Source of the DNA: an uncultured Alphaproteobacteria bacterium
GTDB taxonomy: Bacteria > Pseudomonadota > Alphaproteobacteria > CAAGCB01 > CAG-977
Length of the DNA: 64,000 nucleotides
NCBI GenBank assembly: GCA_944390195.1
Contig: CALXOZ010000002.1
Coordinates: forward strand, 136,220-200,219
Reading direction: 5' to 3'
Shown: positions 9,560-17,768 of the stretch, one piece after another
Numbering within the stretch: position 1 is the first letter of the stretch
How the letters are laid out: every line of letters starts with the position of its first letter
Translations under genes and position numbers: made by a program
Notes under the pieces: generated by a model
The model's database searches: none
What the model saw: the letters and a program-made list of their open reading frames with translations, nothing else
What the model was told of the DNA's origin: nothing

Positions 9560-10204
9560 ATGCAGTCGATCATCAACAAAATATTACAACCGTATACAAC
9601 TTTAAGCCGGATCTTTCCGCCAGATGTTGATTTATTATCCATCAAACAGGAAATAAGATCAGCTTTAAGGCACGCTTTAAGCGGAGTTAAACCTGTCGCA
9701 AACCCTTATTTAATTAATATCTGCGGCATACCCGCCAGCGGCAAGACATATCTTTGTCGGGCTTTCAAAGCCGCAGATGCCGGAATGTTGTATATTTCTT
9801 TCGATGCCATTATGGAAGACCTGCCGACTTATCTTTCAGAACACCTGCAGGATCGCAAAAGATCTTTTGAACGTTGGGAATTACCCGCCCGTTTTGTCGG
9901 TTATCAGCTCTTGAAACAAGCCGTCAAACACAGATTGCCCATTTTATTCGAACACTCCAACGCGACACCATATCACATCGAACTGTATCAAAAAATAAAA
10001 CAAACAGGATATCGCATTGATATTCGTTACATTAATGCGGATCCCGAGCTTGTGTTACCCCGACTGGAGAAAAGGGAACGTTACTTTTCGCCTGAAAGAA
10101 CAAAGGAAAGAGCTTCTATTTTACAACAACTGCTCCCCGTCTTTGAACAAACGGCAAATTCTTTTTCAATTCTCGCCCCATGGAAGGAAAAAGTAAAAAA
10201 ATAA
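9560..10204 (+). CDS. zeta-toxin-like P-loop kinase (AAA/zeta toxin family), no partner gene seen
   Basis: 214 aa. Walker A is ICGIPASGKTY. Downstream come ISFDAIMEDLPTY, ILFEHSN and GYRIDIRYINADPELVLPRLEKRER, matching the layout of the zeta-toxin family of UDP-GlcNAc kinases. Confidence 0.6.
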   Translation: MQSIINKILQPYTTLSRIFPPDVDLLSIKQEIRSALRHALSGVKPVANPYLINICGIPASGKTYLCRAFKAADAGMLYISFDAIMEDLPTYLSEHLQDRKRSFERWELPARFVGYQLLKQAVKHRLPILFEHSNATPYHIELYQKIKQTGYRIDIRYINADPELVLPRLEKRERYFSPERTKERASILQQLLPVFEQTANSFSILAPWKEKVKK

Positions 10205-10316
10205 AAGAAATTTTTATGCTTTTTGTACAGTTCTTTTTACCAAAAATAACCGAATTTCCTCATGTTTTCGCTTAAAAAACGTTGAGTTTTTCAGAAAAAT
10301 AATATAAAAATAAAGT

Positions 10317-10360
10317 AGCTTGAAGGGATAATCAAGCTGGCTTTATTATTTTTTGTTTTT
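10317..10360 (+). terminator. possible intrinsic terminator or leader hairpin
   Basis: agcttga-agggataa-tcaagct gives a 7 bp stem, followed by a T-rich tract ggctttattattttttgttttt. It sits directly before the SD of the DUF2934 gene. Confidence 0.3.
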
Positions 10361-10376
10361 GGGAGAATTCTATAAA

Positions 10377-10700
10377 ATGTCAAAAGAAGATAAAATCCGT
10401 GAAGCGGCATATTTCGTTTGGTTAAACAACGGATGCCCTGAAGGTGCTGAAATTCAATGTTGGTTGGAGGCTGAAGCTCAAGAATGCACTTGCGATGAAC
10501 AGCCGTGCTGTTGTTGTGAAGACGAGCCGAAAACCGAAGCTCAAGAAATAAAGAAAGGAAAAGTCGCTGAAAAAAAAGCCGAAGAAGAAATAATTAAAGA
10601 AAAAAAACCGGCTAAAAAAGCTGCAGCAAAAAAAACAACGGCAAAAGCCGAAACAACGACAAAGAAAACAACAACAAAGAAAGCCGCCGAAAAGAAATAA
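10377..10700 (+). CDS. DUF2934-family small protein with a Cys cluster and a Lys/Ala/Thr-rich tail
   Basis: IREAAYFVWLNNGCPEGAEIQCWLEAEAQ matches the DUF2934 core pattern (IRERAY.LW...G.P.G....W..AE). It is followed by CTCDEQPCCCCEDEP and a KKPAKKAAAKKTTAK...KKAAEKK tail. ATG at 10377 has GGGAGA 9 nt upstream, so I prefer it to the track's TTG at 10353. Confidence 0.7.
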   Translation: MSKEDKIREAAYFVWLNNGCPEGAEIQCWLEAEAQECTCDEQPCCCCEDEPKTEAQEIKKGKVAEKKAEEEIIKEKKPAKKAAAKKTTAKAETTTKKTTTKKAAEKK

Positions 10701-10714
10701 ATCCATGTCATTTA

Positions 10715-10753
10715 AAAAACGGCCGGGAAAACAATTCTGCGCCGTTTTTTTTT
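10715..10753 (+). terminator. rho-independent terminator after the DUF2934 gene
   Basis: aaaaacggc...gccgttttt forms a stem followed by a T-run of about 9. Confidence 0.6.
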
Positions 10754-10791
10754 AAGGTCGATTGTTCTTCCAAATACGATAGCGCGATAAA

Positions 10792-11334
10792 ATGTCAAAA
10801 ATGCTTTTACTTTCCTGTTGCGCACCTTGTTCCTGCGCAGTGATCGAGAAGCTTTTTAAGGAAAACGTCAATTTTTCCGTCCTGTTTTACAACCCGAATA
10901 TTCATCCTTTTGAAGAATATGAAAAAAGGCGCCTTGAAAACGAAATATTTTGCCGCCAAAGGAAAATTCCTTTTATCTCACTGCCCTACGATCCGGAAAT
11001 CTGGTTTCAAGCAATAAAAGGGCTGGAACATGAACCGGAACGCGGAAAACGTTGTTTTGTTTGTTTTTATTTGCGCTTGAAACAAGCGATGGATTACGCA
11101 AAAGAACACGGATTTGACATTGTTTCGTCCGTATTGGGGATATCACGATATAAAGACATGGATCAAGTCAATGCCGCTGCGCAGAAATCTTCTTTTGACA
11201 GCGGCGTTGCCTATGATTTTACGAACTGGCGCAAAGGAGGCTTGGAACAAAGACGACACGAGCTCATCAAAGAAACCCGAATGTACGCTCAGGATTATTG
11301 CGGATGTATATTTTCCAACAAAAAAAGAGGTTAA
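10792..11334 (+). CDS. queH: epoxyqueuosine reductase QueH (DUF208)
   Basis: 180 aa with LLLSCCAPCS, FYNPNIHPFEEYEKR, RCFVCFYLRL and YCGCIFS Cys motifs typical of DUF208/QueH. Confidence 0.8.
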   Translation: MSKMLLLSCCAPCSCAVIEKLFKENVNFSVLFYNPNIHPFEEYEKRRLENEIFCRQRKIPFISLPYDPEIWFQAIKGLEHEPERGKRCFVCFYLRLKQAMDYAKEHGFDIVSSVLGISRYKDMDQVNAAAQKSSFDSGVAYDFTNWRKGGLEQRRHELIKETRMYAQDYCGCIFSNKKRG

Positions 11335-12653
11335 CCTTCGATTTGCAACAAGTCGTTTTCTTCTGAACCGACAGGAAGTTCTTTTGACACTTTCGCTCCA
11401 TGCATTTTTAATTTTTCAGCCAGACTGATGGCATTTCCTCTGCCTTCAGAAAGCTTTTTAAAAGCTTTTCCATAACTGCTTTTCGCATTGTCCAAAGCTT
11501 TGTCAACAGATTGCATATCTTCGATAAAGCCGACCAGCTTGTCATACAGCTTTCCTCCAAGATCCGCTATTTTTTGAACGTTTTTATTTTGTTTTTCTAT
11601 TCTCCACATATTTTCAATCGTGCGTAAAACAGGCAATAAAGACGACGCCGTCGTTATGGCTATATTGTTATGATAAGCCGTTTCATAAATTTCAGGATCA
11701 GCGCTCAAGGCTTCGATATAAGCATGTTCGATCGGAATGAACATAAAGACATAATCCAAGCCCTGTTCTTTAATTTCCGCTTGATAGTTTTTAGAAGACA
11801 AACCTTTTATATGGTTGCGCAGAGCTTGTGTATGTTCCGCAAGGTACTTTTTCTTGTCTTCCGGAGTTTCCGATTTCACATAGCGCATATAAGCATTCAA
11901 GGAAACTTTACAATCAACGATCAATCTCCTGTTATCAGGCAGTTTGATAATAAAATCGGGACGTTTGTTATTCCCCTCTTCATCTTTAAAGTTTGTTTGG
12001 GTTGTATAATTGATCCCTTTTTCAAACCCTGCGACTTCGAACACACGTTCCAATTGCGTTTCTCCCCAATCTCCTTGATGTTTTGTATTTCCTTTCAAGG
12101 CATTTGTTAAATTTTGGGCGTCTTCGGACAAAGTTTGGTTCATTTTCAACAAGTTTGCCAACTGTTCTTCAACCTTTCCCTTATCCGTTGCGTTAATTTG
12201 ATTAATTTCCTCCATACGCTTTTTAAAAGAATCCAACTGGTCTTTCAGAGGGGTTAAAATTTGTCCTAAGGATTCCTGCTGATTTTTTTTAAAATCATTG
12301 CTTTGTTCTTTTAACAAATCCCCTGAAACAGCTTTAAACTGAAAAGACAATTCTTCCCGAACATTTTTCAGAGTTTCTATTTTATCGTTCAGATGTTTTT
12401 TTTCATCTTGCAGCTGTGTTTCCAAAGAAGCTATCTGGGCTGTTAAACGCAAATTTTCAGAATTCAAACGCAGATTTTCTTTTTTTAATTCTTCCGACTG
12501 CCCTTGTAAGAAGACAGCCTGTCCGGACATTTTTGCAAGAGCCTCCTTTTCTTGTAAAAGCGAAGAATTCTTTTTTAACAAGAAGATTGAATAAGCAAGA
12601 ACAATGATAAAAAAACATATTGAAATCAATAATAAATAGTGATCACTTAACAT
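11331..12653 (-). CDS. rmuC: DNA recombination protein RmuC
   Basis: 440 aa with an N-terminal TM segment and a long coiled coil. The C-terminal nuclease-like core is RPDFIIKLPDNRRLIVDCKVSLNAY...FMFIPIE. Confidence 0.85.
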   Translation of the reverse strand: MLSDHYLLLISICFFIIVLAYSIFLLKKNSSLLQEKEALAKMSGQAVFLQGQSEELKKENLRLNSENLRLTAQIASLETQLQDEKKHLNDKIETLKNVREELSFQFKAVSGDLLKEQSNDFKKNQQESLGQILTPLKDQLDSFKKRMEEINQINATDKGKVEEQLANLLKMNQTLSEDAQNLTNALKGNTKHQGDWGETQLERVFEVAGFEKGINYTTQTNFKDEEGNNKRPDFIIKLPDNRRLIVDCKVSLNAYMRYVKSETPEDKKKYLAEHTQALRNHIKGLSSKNYQAEIKEQGLDYVFMFIPIEHAYIEALSADPEIYETAYHNNIAITTASSLLPVLRTIENMWRIEKQNKNVQKIADLGGKLYDKLVGFIEDMQSVDKALDNAKSSYGKAFKKLSEGRGNAISLAEKLKMHGAKVSKELPVGSEENDLLQIEG

Positions 12654-13096
12654 TTTACTTTAATCAGGATCTTTTTTACCCGATCTCCCTGTTGCATACC
12701 GATACAAGGTTGATGCGCTTCATGAGGAAAATACACTGCAAACATACCCGCTTTCAATTCTGTAAAATCGGCTTTACCTTCATATTTAGCAATATCCCTT
12801 TGCGGATTATAGGGAACTTTTTCTTTCAGCCCCTCTAAAGGCGCATAACCGATCAATTCACGTCCCGAATAGATATATTGAATATCCGTATAAATCCGAT
12901 GAGCTTCCAACGCTGTTGTTTCAACGGATTTCACTAAATAATTTTGCACAACGCAATATATGTCAGACCCTTGTATTTCATAACGCTCAGAATCGAATTT
13001 TGAAAAATCGGTTTCCTGCATAAATTCAAACGCTTTCTTAAGATTTACGTTCAACCCTTTGTATAAATTTAAAAACTCTATTTTATCAATAATCAT
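12647..13096 (-). CDS. YhcH/YjgK/YiaL (EbgC-like, DUF386) family protein
   Basis: ERYEIQGSDIYCVVQNY, EAHRIYTDIQYIYSGRE and GMFAVYFPHEAHQPC...KKILIKVK closely track E. coli YhcH. The first track codon is TTG (13102), so I use the ATG at 13096. Overlaps both neighbours. Confidence 0.8.
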   Translation of the reverse strand: MIIDKIEFLNLYKGLNVNLKKAFEFMQETDFSKFDSERYEIQGSDIYCVVQNYLVKSVETTALEAHRIYTDIQYIYSGRELIGYAPLEGLKEKVPYNPQRDIAKYEGKADFTELKAGMFAVYFPHEAHQPCIGMQQGDRVKKILIKVKC

Positions 13097-13622
13097 GTTC
13101 AAATACCTTTTCCAAAACGACCTTAACCGTTTTTTCTTTTTCCGTTATTTTTACCTTCGCCGCCCATCGTTGATAATTAAAAAACTGATCTTGAGAACCG
13201 GCATAAGGGCAAGCAACCGCTCCAACATAATATTCCCCGACCGGCAAAGAAGAAAATGAAAAATCCCCTTTTTTGTTTGTTTGAACCAGCTTGCTTCTTC
13301 TAGCCGCCTCATCATGAGGGCTTTCCAACAATTCTCCGTTTTTCCAGTACCGTTCAAACCATTCCGTCGAATAATCTGTTACCGGATTTAACAGAACTGC
13401 TTGTCCCGAAAGACATTCCGTCCTTCCGTTTTTCAAAGGAATGCAAAATCTTCCTGTTATTTTCGCCTTTCCTTTTTTCATGTAAGGGCGATATTGTTTC
13501 AAATCGAATTTAACAACACGTTTCACTCGTGCACTATCATTAAAAGACCGGACGTCATCTTCCTGTTTTGAACAGGCTGACATCAAAACCAGCAGGAATA
13601 CTATAAAAACTTTTCGAACCAT
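13086..13622 (-). CDS. lipoprotein with carboxypeptidase-regulatory-like (CarboxypepD_reg-like) fold, paralog A
   Basis: Signal peptide plus lipobox LVLMSAC. Contains NPVTDYSTEWFERYW...TNKKGDFSFSSLPVGEYYVGAVACP. Same length (178 aa) as the ORF at 13764-14300 and clearly homologous to it. Confidence 0.65.
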   Translation of the reverse strand: MVRKVFIVFLLVLMSACSKQEDDVRSFNDSARVKRVVKFDLKQYRPYMKKGKAKITGRFCIPLKNGRTECLSGQAVLLNPVTDYSTEWFERYWKNGELLESPHDEAARRSKLVQTNKKGDFSFSSLPVGEYYVGAVACPYAGSQDQFFNYQRWAAKVKITEKEKTVKVVLEKVFEHDY

Positions 13623-13663
13623 CCATACGCCCGTAAATTATTTGCCCCGTTTGAAACTAAACA

Positions 13664-13712
13664 GCTCCTTTGATTTTCAGAAGTTTTATTTTCCGTCCTG
13701 CATCAAAGGAGC
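13664..13712 (-). terminator. intercistronic hairpin between the two lipoprotein paralogs (possible attenuator/terminator)
   Basis: gctcctttgat (13664-13674) pairs with atcaaaggagc (13702-13712): an 11 bp perfect stem with a 27 nt loop. ccgtttgaaac/ccgtttcaaa flank it as an imperfect direct repeat. Confidence 0.35.
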
Positions 13713-13763
13713 CGTTTCAAAAGATTTAACCTGTTTTAACGGTTGTTAAAAAATCGATCTATA

Positions 13764-14300
13764 TTACTCAAAAACCTTTTCTAAATTCGCCTTAACAGAC
13801 TTTTTCACGCTGACTTTCGTACCGTAACGTTGAAAGCGATAATTGCTTCTTTCCTTTTCATCAAACCCGACACACGGGCAAACAACAACACCGACATAAT
13901 ATTCACCCGCCGGCAGTCCAGTAATCGTAAACCAACCGTTTTTATCCGTTTTCACGATCCGTGTATACTTTTCCGCCCGTTCATCGGGTTGCGCTAAAAA
14001 TTCGTTATTCACCCAGCTTCTTTGGTACCATTCCGTTGAATAATCGGTTACCGGATTGACAACAACGATTTGTTCCGCCGGACATTTTTTCCGTCCGTCC
14101 ATTCCTGTTATACATAAACGCCCGTTTATTCTTGCCTGCCCTTTCCCATCATACGGATCATATTGTTTTTGATCGAAAACGGCTTTGCGTTCCACCGGAA
14201 CGGGACAAACAGCGCTATCAACATCTTCATTTTGATTTTGTGTTGATGCGCATGCGGATAACATAAGAATACTTAAAGAAATCACCCATATTTTTTTCAT
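13764..14300 (-). CDS. lipoprotein with carboxypeptidase-regulatory-like fold, paralog B
   Basis: Lipobox ILMLSAC. Contains NPVTDYSTEWYQRSW...TDKNGWFTITGLPAGEYYVGVVVCP. 178 aa. Confidence 0.65.
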   Translation of the reverse strand: MKKIWVISLSILMLSACASTQNQNEDVDSAVCPVPVERKAVFDQKQYDPYDGKGQARINGRLCITGMDGRKKCPAEQIVVVNPVTDYSTEWYQRSWVNNEFLAQPDERAEKYTRIVKTDKNGWFTITGLPAGEYYVGVVVCPCVGFDEKERSNYRFQRYGTKVSVKKSVKANLEKVFE

Positions 14301-14390
14301 TTTTAGCCCCTTTGTTATACAAGACCAGTTTTTATATTAGGTCAAATGACAAGATTTGTATATATTATAAAAAAACAGCGAGTTTAAAAG

Positions 14391-15539
14391 ATGAAGTATT
14401 TTTGTTTGTTTTTTTTGTTTTTTTCATACTTGACAGGAACGAATGAGGCTTTTTGCGCGGTATCGGCAGATCCGCAAGAGATTGAAAAGGCAAAAGAAAA
14501 AGCAGAAACCGATTTTAAAAAAGCGGAAAATCTTCTTTACAGTCAAAAACATCAAGAGGCATTACCCGAATTGATTCGTTTATGTCACGCCAAATATTTG
14601 CGCGCTTGTTCTTTATTGGGGTTCAGTTACTACACGGGACGTTACGGCGTATTGCAAAATAGCCAAAAAGGTATCGAGTGGTATCAAAAATGCGCAGACG
14701 AGGAAAAAAATTATTTTTGTCACAAAGAGTTGGGGCGTATATATTATCGAATGGAAGACTATGAAAGAGCTTTTTCATATTATAAAAAAGCAGCTGTCGG
14801 GAACGACACGACGGCTCAATTTTGGTTGGGAAAGCTGTATATGCAAGGCAAAGGCGTCCCTATTGATTATCGAAAAGGGATCATGTGGTTAAAAAAAGCG
14901 GCTCATTCCCGTAAAAACCCCAGTAAAGAGGCGCGTTGCGCTTTGAGCGAAATTTCCTATTTCGGCATCGGCATGGAAAGAAACATCAAAGATACAAAGT
15001 ATTGGTTGAAGTTATGTGATAATTCTTTTGTACGAGCTTTGATGCTTTTTTACGGGCATGGCGTCAAAAAAAACAAAAAAAAGGCGAAAGAAATTCTCAT
15101 TCGCGCCGATTTGAAAGAGGCTCTTTCCGATTGGGACGATCTCAATCAAAAATCGACACAAACGGTCGGCAAAAAAATAATTCGGGATCAAGTTGTGCCT
15201 CAGGATTGTTTGAAAAACAAATTCTTATTTGGTACGGGACGTTCGACCCCTAAAATATCCACTTATGTTGTCAAGATATTCAACCCTGATTTTTATTATG
15301 CTTTTGATGCGCACGACGGTTATATTGAAAAAATCGGCATTGGAGACAGAACAATAGAAGCTTGCGGTATAAACTTGTATACCACAAAAGAAAACTGGCG
15401 ATTATTCCATAAGGCTTTAAGAAACGGGAACGTTATCAAGATCAGCCGGTACAAAGATTCTTGCTTGAATGCCGAAATAACGGAAATTTGCAATATGAAT
15501 TTAAAGTGGCAAGACGAAACAAGCGGGGAAACGCCATGA
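14391..15539 (+). CDS. secreted Sel1-like repeat (SLR/TPR-like) protein with an unassigned ~120 aa C-terminal domain
   Basis: N-terminal signal peptide. Repeated Sel1 signatures include GFSYYTGRYGVLQNSQKGIEWYQKCA and FWLGKLYMQGKGVPIDYRKGIMWLKKAA. Confidence 0.8.
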   Translation: MKYFCLFFLFFSYLTGTNEAFCAVSADPQEIEKAKEKAETDFKKAENLLYSQKHQEALPELIRLCHAKYLRACSLLGFSYYTGRYGVLQNSQKGIEWYQKCADEEKNYFCHKELGRIYYRMEDYERAFSYYKKAAVGNDTTAQFWLGKLYMQGKGVPIDYRKGIMWLKKAAHSRKNPSKEARCALSEISYFGIGMERNIKDTKYWLKLCDNSFVRALMLFYGHGVKKNKKKAKEILIRADLKEALSDWDDLNQKSTQTVGKKIIRDQVVPQDCLKNKFLFGTGRSTPKISTYVVKIFNPDFYYAFDAHDGYIEKIGIGDRTIEACGINLYTTKENWRLFHKALRNGNVIKISRYKDSCLNAEITEICNMNLKWQDETSGETP

Positions 15540-16273
15540 TAAGAATATTGCTTTCTTTTTTATTATTATCTTCCAATGTATTAGCCGAAAATCTTACAAC
15601 AGTTTATCAATATAGTTACATTCCAAAAGCATCTGCTCCGGTCATACATAAATTCTTGCAACGCAGTTGGCACAAATGCTCAAAAGGGGTTAAATATGAT
15701 TATCCGGAAAAGGCAGGGGTTTGCGCCTCCTGCCCCGAAGATACATCTTATATGGTTGACGAAACGAAAAAAAAAGCTCTTTGTTTCAAATGTCCTGAAG
15801 GCACATTGTTGGTAAAGCGCGATGGTTATCCTATGTGTTTAAGCAATAACCCAGTCATATCAGGAAAAGCCAGAAAAACAAACGGGGAAGATGTCAACAT
15901 CAATGATTTACAACGTATGGCATCACGTCTAAGCGGTGTATACAAGACATATCTTGAACAAAAAAAATCAGAAAATCGAGAAACTTTTCGCAATAAAGAA
16001 AAGTTGAAAAATGTTTGTCCAAACTCCTATCCGGACGACAAAACGGCAAAAAAACAAATCGAAATTTGTCGGCGTCTGAGACAACAAAACGATTTTTTAT
16101 GCCCTTATGTCGAAAAAAACGAAACTGGTCTGTGGACTTGCCGTGCCTGTCCTAAGAACGCTCCGTATAAGAACGACCAAGGCGGATGCTTTAATTGTCC
16201 TTACGGTGAAGAAATGGTTTCTTTAGAAGACGGAACGCTGGTATGCGCGTCTGAAAAAAAAGAAAACGAGTAA
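15536..16273 (+). CDS. secreted Cys-rich protein with two CxxCP...CFxCPxG...C modules
   Basis: MIRILLSFLLLSSNVLAEN is a signal peptide. The ATG overlaps the Sel1 gene stop (ATGA at 15536-15539). The modules are CASCPEDTSY-x9-CFKCPEGT-x11-C and CRACPKNAPY-x6-CFNCPYGE-x12-C. Confidence 0.65.
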   Translation: MIRILLSFLLLSSNVLAENLTTVYQYSYIPKASAPVIHKFLQRSWHKCSKGVKYDYPEKAGVCASCPEDTSYMVDETKKKALCFKCPEGTLLVKRDGYPMCLSNNPVISGKARKTNGEDVNINDLQRMASRLSGVYKTYLEQKKSENRETFRNKEKLKNVCPNSYPDDKTAKKQIEICRRLRQQNDFLCPYVEKNETGLWTCRACPKNAPYKNDQGGCFNCPYGEEMVSLEDGTLVCASEKKENE

Positions 16274-16278
16274 AACTG

Positions 16279-17028
16279 TCAATTTTTTCCTGATAAATTC
16301 GTAATAACGCCATGCAATGTGCGAATATCTTGGGAAGTCAAATTCGCGCGCATAAAAATATTGCGTAAATTGCGTATCATGCGAGGACGCTTTTCAGCAG
16401 ATGAAAAATATCCTCCTGCATCCAATTCGTTTTCCAAATGATAAAATAAGTGCTCTGTCTCCGCTTTGTTTGCAGGTTCCGTTTTCGGCATTGATAAAAA
16501 GCGGTCAGGCGTATCATCGGACAATCTGAAGATTTCATAGCCGATCAACAAAACCGCCTGAGCCAGATTCAAAGAGCAATGTCGAGGATTTAAAGGAATG
16601 TTTACAATGGCATCGGCATTCAACAGATCTGCATTTTCCAAACCGGTTCTTTCAGGACCGAACAAAACGCCGCATTTCATATTTTGCTCTAAACATGAGC
16701 GGATATCCTTTGCCATTCCCTGCCCCGTAAAAACCGGCTTGATCATATCGCGTTGACGCCCTGTAGTGGCATAAACTTTTTGTAAATCGGCAATAGCGTC
16801 ATCAAGTGTTTTAAACACCTTGGCATGATGCAGAACCGTTTCCGCCCCTGATGAAGCTGCAATGGCACGATCTGACAAATGATCTTCGTCCGGATCGACC
16901 AATCTCATTTCATCGATACAACAATTCATCATCGCCCGAGCGGCTGTTCCGACATTTTCCGCCAATTGAGGACGAACAAGAATAAAAACAGGCGACAAAT
17001 TCTTCTGTTCATCGAAAGGAGTATTCAT
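16279..17028 (-). CDS. SpoU/TrmH-family RNA 2'-O-methyltransferase (TrmJ-like)
   Basis: 249 aa with VFILVRPQLAENVGTAARAMMN, VLFGPERTGL and NLAQAVLL, the SPOUT motifs. Confidence 0.75.
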   Translation of the reverse strand: MNTPFDEQKNLSPVFILVRPQLAENVGTAARAMMNCCIDEMRLVDPDEDHLSDRAIAASSGAETVLHHAKVFKTLDDAIADLQKVYATTGRQRDMIKPVFTGQGMAKDIRSCLEQNMKCGVLFGPERTGLENADLLNADAIVNIPLNPRHCSLNLAQAVLLIGYEIFRLSDDTPDRFLSMPKTEPANKAETEHLFYHLENELDAGGYFSSAEKRPRMIRNLRNIFMRANLTSQDIRTLHGVITNLSGKN

Positions 17029-17604
17029 TTACTCTTTTTTTTCCCATCCGCTTTTTTTAGGTGAAGAACGCATCATTTGTCTTTGATTTTCAAGAATTTC
17101 TTTAAAACTGATTCCTAAAGTTGTTTCAGCTTCTTTAATAGCAGCGCGACGCTGTTCTGCAATATCCTCTTTAGTTTCGACCTGAGCCGGAGCAATATTT
17201 TCAAACGCTTCATTCATCAACTGAGAAGCCATTTCCGGATTTTGTTTTATTTTTTCTTCCAGATCTTCGGGCAAACCAATTCCCCGTTTACGCATTAAAG
17301 CGATTGTTTGTAAAGCTTGCTGTGTCGTCATAAAGTCAAACATATCATTTGAGTTGTATAATGTTTGAGCAGAAACGGCATCCATTCCGTCAGGAACAGC
17401 TTCAAGCTCTAGAAAGTCTTCAATTGTCAGATTACCGATATCTTGAATTTTCTGTCCTGTTTGAACATTCATTTTTTCTAATTCGGCTTTTTCATCACGG
17501 GCTTTGGAAATTCTGCTTGCCGCTTCCGAGATGCTTTCAGCGAAAACCGGAGAAATAAAGATATTTAAAGAAAAGAAAAAAAGGAAAATTTTCAAAAAAA
17601 GCAT
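17029..17604 (-). CDS. secreted hypothetical protein
   Basis: 191 aa with a signal peptide (MLFLKIFLFFFSLNIFISPVFA), then a charged helical sequence. Its stop abuts the methyltransferase start. No family recognised. Confidence 0.5.
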   Translation of the reverse strand: MLFLKIFLFFFSLNIFISPVFAESISEAASRISKARDEKAELEKMNVQTGQKIQDIGNLTIEDFLELEAVPDGMDAVSAQTLYNSNDMFDFMTTQQALQTIALMRKRGIGLPEDLEEKIKQNPEMASQLMNEAFENIAPAQVETKEDIAEQRRAAIKEAETTLGISFKEILENQRQMMRSSPKKSGWEKKE

Positions 17605-17768
17605 TTCGAAAGCTCCTGTAAACCACGAGATTATTAATATACTCTAAAAGAACTTGTTTTGCGATAAAAATCTGTTCAACATAGCAATATAGCCCTTCAC
17701 CTATATTTTTATTTTTATTTAAGCTTTGTATGATTCCATTATCAATTGTATTAGCTGGAGAACTTAAA

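Noticed and set aside
10422-10706. 94-aa minus-strand ORF (FFCC-rich) opposite the DUF2934 gene
   Set aside because: It is the complement of the Lys/Ala-rich low-complexity tail. The plus-strand gene has an SD, a recognisable domain and a terminator.
15461-15535. Upstream extension of the Cys-rich ORF, and similar extensions at 20112-20225, 22583-22666, 56309-56398 and 48516-48530
   Set aside because: Each extension lies inside the preceding gene or lacks an SD. Internal ATGs give proper signal peptides or family N-termini and show stop/start coupling or a strong SD.
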